In this document: in pieces, positions 54,924 through 64,000 of the stretch
Position numbering within the stretch: position 1 is the first letter of the stretch
Layout of the letters: each line of letters begins with the position of its first letter
Source: Trichoplax sp. H2
Taxonomy: Eukaryota
Direction: 5' to 3'
Length of the DNA: 64,000 bases
NCBI GenBank assembly: GCA_003344405.1
Contig: NOWV01000109.1
Coordinates: 186,001 to 250,000 of the forward strand
Program-made: the position numbers and the translations under genes
Notes under the pieces: model-generated
What the model was told of the DNA's origin: nothing
Database searches by the model: none
The model's input: only the letters and a program-made list of their open reading frames with translations

Positions 54924-57900
54924 TTACGAAGGCAATTCCGGTGGAAGATAAGTCGAAAAAAATTCTGAAGCAAAAGCACATGGATCGTCTGGCTTTTTTA
55001 ACAACAAGAATTGAAGAAAATCAGCAAGAATAGCCTTAATCTCAGGATGACGGCCCAAATACGTCATTCTTTGTGCTTCCAGTTCCTCCTAAATATCGAA
55101 GAAGAAAAAATTTACCACATGTAAGATCTTGTAATGCGTGTTCAATTTCAAGACAAAAATGAATTTTAGTGCTATAACTACTAGAATCAGAATTTTTAAA
55201 CATACCTTACGATCCAAATATTGAGAATAAAACTGCATATCATCTTGCCATTTATACTCCAGCAACTTGCGTTCCTTTGGAAGCAGTACTGGCGTTGGTT
55301 GTATGTTAACTTTGATAACGATTGTAGAACCTACTTGTTCTCTACTAAACATATGACTGTGATAAAATTACAATTAAAATAATTAGTACCTCATAAAATA
55401 AATCATTATAATGTTGTATTCAACACATTCAACTATTCTAAATTACCCATCTGGAAAGAAATAGACATTCCAAGATATTGGCCTTTCATTCTCAACAGTT
55501 AATGTCTTCGTAATGCCCTTTAGTTGTACGGTGTTTGAATTAATCGTATCTTCTTTCTCATGTAATTTCATCTAAGTTTGCAAATACAATTTTAAGTATT
55601 TATGCGATTCGAAATAGTCCATAAAGGTATCAAGAAATAATATCGTACGTAGGTTAAATGACACAGTCGACAATCGGCATTTAGGGTTATAAATTGCAGC
55701 CCGATAATATCCTCCAGTTCATCATTTTGAACAAATTGCCGTTGTATCAATATGCTAGCAGCTATTAATGGAATAAAAGCTTAAGATTAAAGACTTTTTT
55801 AATTAGATAAATACTCGTCGCACTATTAATTATATAATATCTACTCAATAAAATTTTAACAAAGCTGTTAAATCTCGATAATGTTATTATTTAGTAAGCT
55901 ATAATGTTTAAAGATAATTATTATCGCTCAATTTTTACCCTCTGAAATGAATCCCTTCATTAAATCGTGGGGAATAATATAAGTCTTCCTTTCAATAGCC
56001 TACGAAATTTTGAATTACATTCATGTAGAGTAAAATTATTACCAGTGATAAAATTTTTAACCAATAAATCCCATCTTCTGCTTACATCTCCTATTGCCAC
56101 AAATTTACGCAAAATATATTCATCGCCATGTAGGGTAAGAAATGCTCTCCTATCGATTGGCTTATTCGGTATCTAAATGCATAATTTATAAATTTTATTA
56201 TAGAACTTCATTAAGAACCTTGAAAAGATTATATAGATAAAATCATAATTTATTTTACCTTTATGTACTCTACTGTTTGCTGTTCCAAAGTTTCCATCGA
56301 TAGCGAAACGTATCCTGTTATCGTTGTTCCCATTTGAATGCCATCAACTGCACCTTTACTTGATACATGAACTAAATAGCATTCTTCGCCTCGGCGTGTA
56401 GTCAACTCCACTGATACATTACTTTCGCCCGAGTACTATTAGAAATATTTGTAACAGCGATTTAGCATTATTGCTTAATACAGTGGAGGTAACCAGTAGT
56501 ATTATCTATCATAAGCATAAATCATTGCCTTTAATATGCTCTAATTTACCTTTCCATTCGACAACATGACCATAGTATCCGAAAATAAAAAAGATTCTTC
56601 ATGATATCTGCTGACTAGATTGGCATTAAAATGACAATTAAAAATTTTCAGCTTTACAAGATAGCAAAAATGAAGGGAGTGAACGTTACTTACTTTTAGA
56701 TGCTAGGTATTTTAAGGCAGCACTATTGGCTTTTGGATAATCACCGCTAAATTAGCCAGAAAGATGATCAATGGTCATTTAATTAAAATAGACTAATAGC
56801 AGCAGATATATGATAATCATAAATCGTTGAATTTATACGCAAATATAATTACTAGTAATATATTTAGGTTTGGGAAATTGATCAATATGCATTCATTTGA
56901 TTCAGTTATGTTAAATTATTGCTTACTTATTCTATTGAAGATAAATGTACTGTATAAATTTCATGAAAATATATGAAACCGTGTACACTCCAAGGTGTTA
57001 AGATCGAAATTGCTAAAAATTGAATCTCCTATATGAATATGTATTTTCATAGGAGAAAGAATATACTGTAATCGCCTTTATAATTTCTATCAAATCTATA
57101 GAAGCCTAAAGTTTTTACTAGAAATACCATCAGGCTACTCATACATTCTAATACAATCGTTTCTAACTCATTTACTTAGCAACAAATGAGATTTTTAAAC
57201 GCTATTCATTTCTAAATGTTTAAAAGTGGATAATTGATCCGACGGCATTCGCAATCGAATCAGAATTGCGATATAACGTTATCGTATCATATTAGAAGCA
57301 GACAAAAATGAAAAGATTTTAGCATTGCGGAGCGGCTATATCACGTATCTGACCTGTCTGTTATCCTAATCCTGATTCTTTTCATGCTTACAGTTAATAA
57401 TAACAAATCTTTATTGCTATAAATACTGGAGTATAAACGACAACTACTGGAATTATTTCTTGGTGTTGCGTTGTAGACTTTACCAAGATGATTTTATCAT
57501 CACTACTTCACTTAACTGTTTCCGCGTCTTATATACTGCATCTTTTTTAAGTTGTGTACAGGTAAACAGAGGAATAGGAACCCCATACCGATAGGAAAAT
57601 TTGATCACAGCATGAGGCACCATTATTAGTCCGATCTTAATGTCGTATTATCGGTACTGACCGGTTTATTACTATCTACTCAGCTTATAAATATAAAGAT
57701 GTTGGCGTCGAAATGGGATTGCCGTCTAACATGACTGCTAGTATATTAAAGATGCAATCATTGTATCATTGCAGCATTTTATATCAACATGAATCGATAC
57801 GATCATGATTGACTACTACAGTACTATAGCACTAAAATAGCCCACGTCGATTTGGTAAATACTGTTGTACTGTACTAGTCTGGTGCAGAATGGATATACA

Positions 57901-58042
57901 ATTAACATGATGATCGATGAGATTATATCGTCAAACGTGATAGTCTGATCTTAAATTTTATGATTCAGCTTAAGAAATGGCGCAGTTATACACATTAAAT
58001 CAATCTTTCTAACCTTATTTCAATTCCAGTTGCGTCTTCCAT
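54924..58042 (-). CDS. CATIP: Ciliogenesis-associated TTC17-interacting protein (C2orf62-like)
   Basis: Exons: MEDATGIEI (58014-58042, tentative) | SGDYPKANSAALKYL | FLFSDTMVMLS | VHVSSKGAVDGIQMGTTITGYVSLSMETLEQQTVEYIK | GFISEG | WNVYFFPDG|HMFSREQVGS | WQDDMQFYSQYLDRK|EELEAQRMTYLGRHPEIKAILADFLQFLLLKKPDDPCAFASEFF (RIIa-like C-terminus). Confidence 0.85.
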
Positions 58043-58075
58043 TGCATTCGTTGCTGGATAATGACAGTTAATTAT

Positions 58076-58089
58076 GTTTCCAAGGTAAC
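58076..58089. promoter_or_regulatory. RFX X-box
   Basis: GTTTCCAAGGTAAC differs from GTTNCCATGGNAAC at one position. It lies ~35 bp upstream of the predicted ATG of a ciliary gene. Confidence 0.65.
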
Positions 58090-59060
58090 CACAGTAGGGC
58101 TCTGCGTCCGTCGTTCTGTCGATCCTAGTTAGCAGGGCTTGATTTCCTTCCGTTAGTAAAATTTCTTCTTCCATAGTCGGCATAGCTATACTACGCAATC
58201 ATCCAATAGGGCACACTATATTGACTGGCCATTTCCATGTAGGAATCTTGTCCATCTTCAGCCACGACTGTAGTGGTTCAATATGGTACTAAATCCATTC
58301 TAAGAGGCTCATACAAATTACTACAAGTATAACCAAGGACTTGCTAGTAAGAGATGCAGAGCCATTTTAACACATGGGTTTCTATACGGGTCTAGGACGT
58401 TGTTTACATTCAACGATTGATTTGCTGATCAAGGAGCTAGCAAAAGAAAATAATCTAAATATTACATCACTGGCGATTAAACTTGCTGTAGAAGACCCTA
58501 ATTAACACTTTTACTTACTCCAATTTCAATTGGGAGAACAAGAATCAATATCCGTCCTGTACTATATAGTTTATTTGTATATGGTGGTGCACTCACTACG
58601 CTGTATTAATTAATTAATAAAATCTCGACATTGGGTGGAACTGGTTGGTCAAGCCTTTCCAGAATAGTTACTACTCGAGTCAAGTTGCATTGAATATTAC
58701 TCATAGTTTTGTAGTAGAAGTATACGCGTAACATTTTGACATAGAATTTTCCCTTTCAAATCTTGTTCTTGGATTAATATGTAGCGATCGATTACTTTCG
58801 TAATTGCAGTGTACCCAATCACATAAATATTTCATGCTATGATGATTCACCTCGTTGGATTCTTGCTGCTCACGTCTCCATGATGCAAGCGTAATCCTTG
58901 ATATATGCTACAGTAGTTCTAAAAAGCAGATTGAAAAATTTAATTGGACCAACTTTACCATATATAGCAATCATATTACTTTGCAATTACAGGAGGTGGC
59001 ACTCTTATTGCGAGAGATACGTTGTACTATCTGAAACCTCAAATTACTAACTCAATCACC

Positions 59061-60356
59061 ATGGAATTTACCAATGTGGCTGCATCGGTTGTGTCGAATT
59101 GGCTTGACGAGTATGCAATCACCAAAAATGAAGGACCGGGTAGCAATAAAAAAGGGTCCAGCGACCAATATAGATTGGAAAACAGACCTTTTAGGTTAGC
59201 ATTAGGAATACTGCTTTCTTGACCACTTTGGTTAAGCTAAAACTGGTTTCTATAGGATTAAAGTACAATGGTATATTCTATACTTACCAGATATGCAATA
59301 ATTACTATATGTATCTTTATGATTAAACTACCTTATTTGCCCTTTATAGAAAAGTTGAACGTTTTTTTAGAGTCTCATATGCATAATTTTTGGATAGAAA
59401 TACTTTATACAGTCAAAATGATCTATTTATCGTTATAAATGGATCCAATTAGTATAGTGGTGTAGGTGAATGCTAAATTTAATGGCAATGTGGCCTTGTG
59501 AAAGTATATGTCTGCTCCAATAGCGAAATAGATCATAAGCTAAAATAAGAACCCTATGCCTTTTTATGCTTTATGTCGCCTATCGCAGATGCGGCATAGG
59601 AGCCGAACAATTGGCCAAAAATAAAGCAATAGAAGAAAATCATCGCATTGAACTTTCATTGCAAAAAAGCCTTAGGAAATCGAATAAATCGAACTATATG
59701 ATTAGTAAACCAAGCAAACCTGCAGAACGGCAATTACGTAAGTCTACATTCCTAATCGTAAACGGAATTGACTGAAATCAGATCTACTATAGATGTTTTA
59801 TAAATATTCATGATTTAAGAGCTTAATTATTCTAACATTAATAAAAGAGATGTCTTAAAACTTTGGTAATCTACAGAGTATAATCAATCATGATTTAAAA
59901 GAATCATTATTATAAGTAAGGCAGTTGAGATGGGTGCAATGTACCCTAGAAATACAATAGAGCGCTCTGTTATATAATTGGCAGATTGAATAATACAGAA
60001 ATGTACAGATCTAATGCAATCTGAAAGGATAGTACTATACTAAGCTCAAACTTTATAGTATATTTTTAATATGCAGCATGCATTGTTAGCAGTAGCATTT
60101 ACGTTATCCTATACTTTTTGTAACGTATAAACCAAAAATGCAGTCCAAAAATAATGATGTGCGTATACTTTCACTCTTTTACTACCCAGCTAAGGCGGAG
60201 GATAGTCAGTTTTCAGAAGATGACGAAGATAGTAAAGTGAAAGCTGTACAGATATCCAAAAAGGTTCACTCGCATACTCAAATACTCTTTGATATGCAAA
60301 AGAGGAAGAAAAGGAACAGAAAGAAAAAGAAACAAACTAAAGTGAATCGTTTATGA
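59061..60356 (+). CDS. Small basic, probably nuclear/nucleolar uncharacterised protein (3+ exons)
   Basis: MEFTNVAASVVSNWLDEY...ENRPF|RCGIGAEQLAK...ERQL|PKAEDSQFSEDDEDSKVKAV...KRKKRNRKKKK. Phases are compatible; RP.R.GIGA motif, acidic patch and Lys-rich tail. Confidence 0.7.
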
Positions 60357-61807
60357 TGCTGATTATGTTTGAGGAAGGGCATTTTATGATATCATTACAG
60401 TTACGTCATCCTCTTACTCTTGCAATTGTATATATATATATCTACTAGTATCTATCGAAGCAAGAGATGTTATAATTGAATACTCTAATTGCTCTGTACT
60501 GCATGAGAAATTAATGACAAAGTTGTGCGCTAATAAATGCGCGTTGTATGTTACAAGCAATAACGGAGCAAACTGTTTTTATTGCTAAACATGTTATGTA
60601 AGACGTAAGACCTTTTTACGTCACGATAATTTTAAATTAATTTTCAAAAATGCAAATACGCGTATTGCCTTATATCTTAATAGATTGCCTTGGATTAAGC
60701 CTAAATGTGGTGATATTGTATAGCAATTTTCCTTGTCATTGCCTGTAGTAAATTTTTATGATATTCATGAATTCGATATGGTTTATGGGTGGCACAAACC
60801 TAAAAATTCTTCATATGTACCGTTTTATACTTTAATTTTATTAGCAGACAGTGTGTTAATAACAACTTATTATTGACTCTAAATCTGATCTACGCGTCTA
60901 TTAACTGCATAGAAAATGTTCTGAATATGGTACAAATTGATACAATTTCCAAAATATTCGATTTAATTACTTTAATAGCAAATACCAGTTGTGAAATAAT
61001 ATATGCATTTATTTTTAAATTTTGGGCTTAGGTCCCTTTTATGTTATATTTGATCTAACATTATCCTGTGCAAAGATCCAGAATATTTATATGTTCGACT
61101 CGCAATTCAAAATTTGTATTGATGCTACGTATGATTGAATATAAGTACACTACAGTACGTTCAGGCATGCTAGGAAACAATTATTCGACTGAAAGCTATT
61201 CGAAATACTCTAAATTAAGATTTGAGTGCAGTAGTTGTACAACATGCAAGACATTTTATTGACTTTCATGTAAGTTAAACATGCGTTTATAAACGTAAAG
61301 CCCGTGACTGTACAAATATACATAGGTATGGCTAGGAATATTGAGTTATGCCTAATTAATTAGCAAGACAGAATAAGATATAACATAGTTTAGAGTAATA
61401 CGTTAGTAAACCTGTATTCCTAAAAGGTATAGCTAAACGAAGTACCTCTGTACAAACATACTTCAATGTGCACTAGTAATCGTTTTCAACATAAACTGCC
61501 GGGTCTGTACAATAAATAAAAAAGGCTCGAAAGCAGTTCTAAGAAATACGTGTAGATACTTATGCAGTACGACGAATTAAAACGTTACTCTGTTTCCTTT
61601 TTTATACCCAGCACACATTCTACATTGAGGTTATAGCCGTAATCGTTACACTAACAATGATGAAGAATTACGATTTCGACTTGTGAAGTACTGTATTAAT
61701 CAATTTCTACATTAGCATTTGGCAATTTTCCAAATATACAGCGTCCGTAAGAGAAGATATAAACATGAAATAAGTTACAGAGGGCTCAAATTCGTTACAT
61801 AAACTCG

Positions 61808-64000
61808 TTAACTACTACGAATTCCAAGCGCTGTCTCCAGTTCAACTCGGCGTTCTTGAACCTATTTAAAAATAGATATAAATTAGCAATAAATATTGAA
61901 CGGCAAGTGAAACCGTCAGTAAAGAGAGAGTATAGAGGGCGAAAACGCAACTTTTGAGCTACCTTAGAATAGAGATAGCGACAAACTGCTTCCTGAGCCC
62001 AAGGCTGATAGTAATATTTCGATTTACGTTCATCTTCGATATTACCAGCAATTCCTTCCATTATCTTAAGATCACGACACTGTGATAATAGCCATTCATG
62101 AATAAATGCCTGCGAATGAAGTAAGGCAATCAGATTTTGTCACAACGGCTTACAACTCCATTAAATAAAAGCTACCTGAGGATCGTTAGCAAAATTCACC
62201 ATAAATTCCCTTTTTACTTTAAGATCATTAATAGCCTGCACAATAGTGCCAATCTATAATAGATAGCGTATTTTTAGTAAAAGCTATATCAACGTCGAAA
62301 TGGTAATTTACAAAGCATCGCAAACCTTATCATCTAGTTGGGATATTTCTTGCTGACTTTGTGTAGAAAGCAAAAATGTTTGCATTTGCTCCCTTAAGGT
62401 ATCATCCTGTATTATCATCAAATATTGGGTACAAAATTTATTTCGCTTATACAGGCAAACAGTAACTTAACAATTAGTAATTATTCCATACTAAAATAGA
62501 AATTAATTTCTAATTCAAGTAAATTGTAGTTAATTAGTTACCACTTCAACTTCAACATCGCAACATGTTGTTCTTTTTTCATCAGGGGTATCAGGGCTAA
62601 ATAATGTACGCGCATAAAATGATAGATTTTAATTTTAAATAATCGAAAGTGTACCCTATTAATTGCCGAGTTCAATGTATTATTTTGACTACGATTGATG
62701 AAATACGAACAATTAAATTACCTGATACAGTACTTAATTACAACTGGATCTGGAGGGTGCAGTAGACCGTTTAACCGTTGAGGAATCTCATTAAACTTCA
62801 TCCGAGGAACTTCAAAGATCTACAACGATTTTATAAAAATCAATTAACAAAAATGTTTTAGGATTTCGGGCTAGAGACAATCATAGCCATTTCATTGTTC
62901 TATTCACGCAAAATTGAAAGATGGCTCTTACTTGGTGTAGATATTTGTCGTTGTTGATTATTTCACGCTCGTTTTGATCTTGTAATTTATGTACCTATTT
63001 ATTAATAATGAAAGAATCTATCAGAAATGTGTCTAAATCAAAATCGAATAAGATTCTGTAGCCACTTGCCCTAATATATTGCCATAGAGCATTCACGATT
63101 ACAGCTCTTGTTTGCGTATGAATACCGAGTAAACGGGATAATCTAGCATCTAGCTTGTACTGAGGTATCTAATGATATTATGGATAAATTTGGTTCAGTA
63201 GGGGCGCATAATAGTATTATTTATCAGCAGCTACTACCTGATTGTCCAAATTTAAAATTAAAGTACATTGAACAGCAGTATCGCCAGGTCGCTTAATCTA
63301 AATCAGTTACAAAATGAATAATAGTGCGTTAGCTGATCAAAATTAAAGTGTAGTACAGAATTTCACCATCAACATCAAGATAATATCACCTGGAAGCCAG
63401 CCGTATCAGTTGCTGTGGATGAACGGTGCCACTGATAAGAAAATCGATCATTAAAATCATTCCATCTAAGTCATTACAATATAAAAGTTAAAGCAGATGT
63501 GAAAAAAATCTTCTATACTAACTTCAATTATATGATTATCAGGGCCGTATAAGTCTTTGTCTAGTTCAATCAATAGACTTTTAAAAAAGGACGACAACTT
63601 TCTCTTGGTACTTTTACCTTGATTCTGGAAATTGCGAATAAAAAGGCAATTATAATATGAATGTTAGATATTAAATATTGACTCTACTATAGATTTTATA
63701 TAAATCATTATTCATATGATGCTGCATTTATACATCATCTAATATTTTTCCTTCAATTTTCATTTCCCAACTTGGCACAGTCGCCTATTACGAAAAACAT
63801 CAAGATGTTACTAATGCCACTAAGTATATAGTATTACCTAACAAATAGGGTATAAGAAAACGATATCTTACCTCATCGATGATAAAATCATGAGATATGA
63901 AAAGGCGAAGCGTTCTCTTCTCCTATAGATGGTCAAAAAAAATTGTTGCAATATTGATCTATGAATCACTCCAATAGTTAACAAAAACTTAGCATCGCTT
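61808..64000 (-). CDS. SMARCD1: SWI/SNF subunit SMARCD/BAF60 (SWIB domain); 5' part lies beyond the window
   Basis: [124 protein letters not shown]. Confidence 0.95.

Noticed and set aside
57354-57385. Alternative CATIP first exon MKRIRIRITD
   Set aside because: Phase-compatible, but 58014-58042 is preferred because of the adjacent X-box; not excluded.

Overview
AT-rich, intron-dense eukaryotic DNA with short (~80-150 nt) GT-AG introns and metazoan gene content. It most resembles a compact early-branching animal genome such as a placozoan (inference only). The right two-thirds holds conserved multi-exon genes: a DPY19-like C-mannosyltransferase, a small secreted Cys-containing uncharacterised protein, RBM48, NMT, cobalamin-dependent methionine synthase (MTR), CATIP with an RFX X-box, a small basic protein, and the 3' part of SMARCD/BAF60. 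The left ~25 kb is accessory-like. It carries a ~5-6 kb tandem segmental duplication with two diverged ~380-aa genes that have intron-free coding regions and a CheD/NTAN1/CNF1-like Cys-His deamidase motif; this is the most novel signal. It also carries an atypical, apparently secreted Delta-like gene that has lost most of its DSL domain, has four duplicated EGF exon pairs and may use a 5-nt micro-exon. Many degenerate tandem repeats and a tiny hairpin insertion with a target-site-like duplication are also present. All gene models were assembled by eye from splice signals and recalled family motifs; no searches were run.
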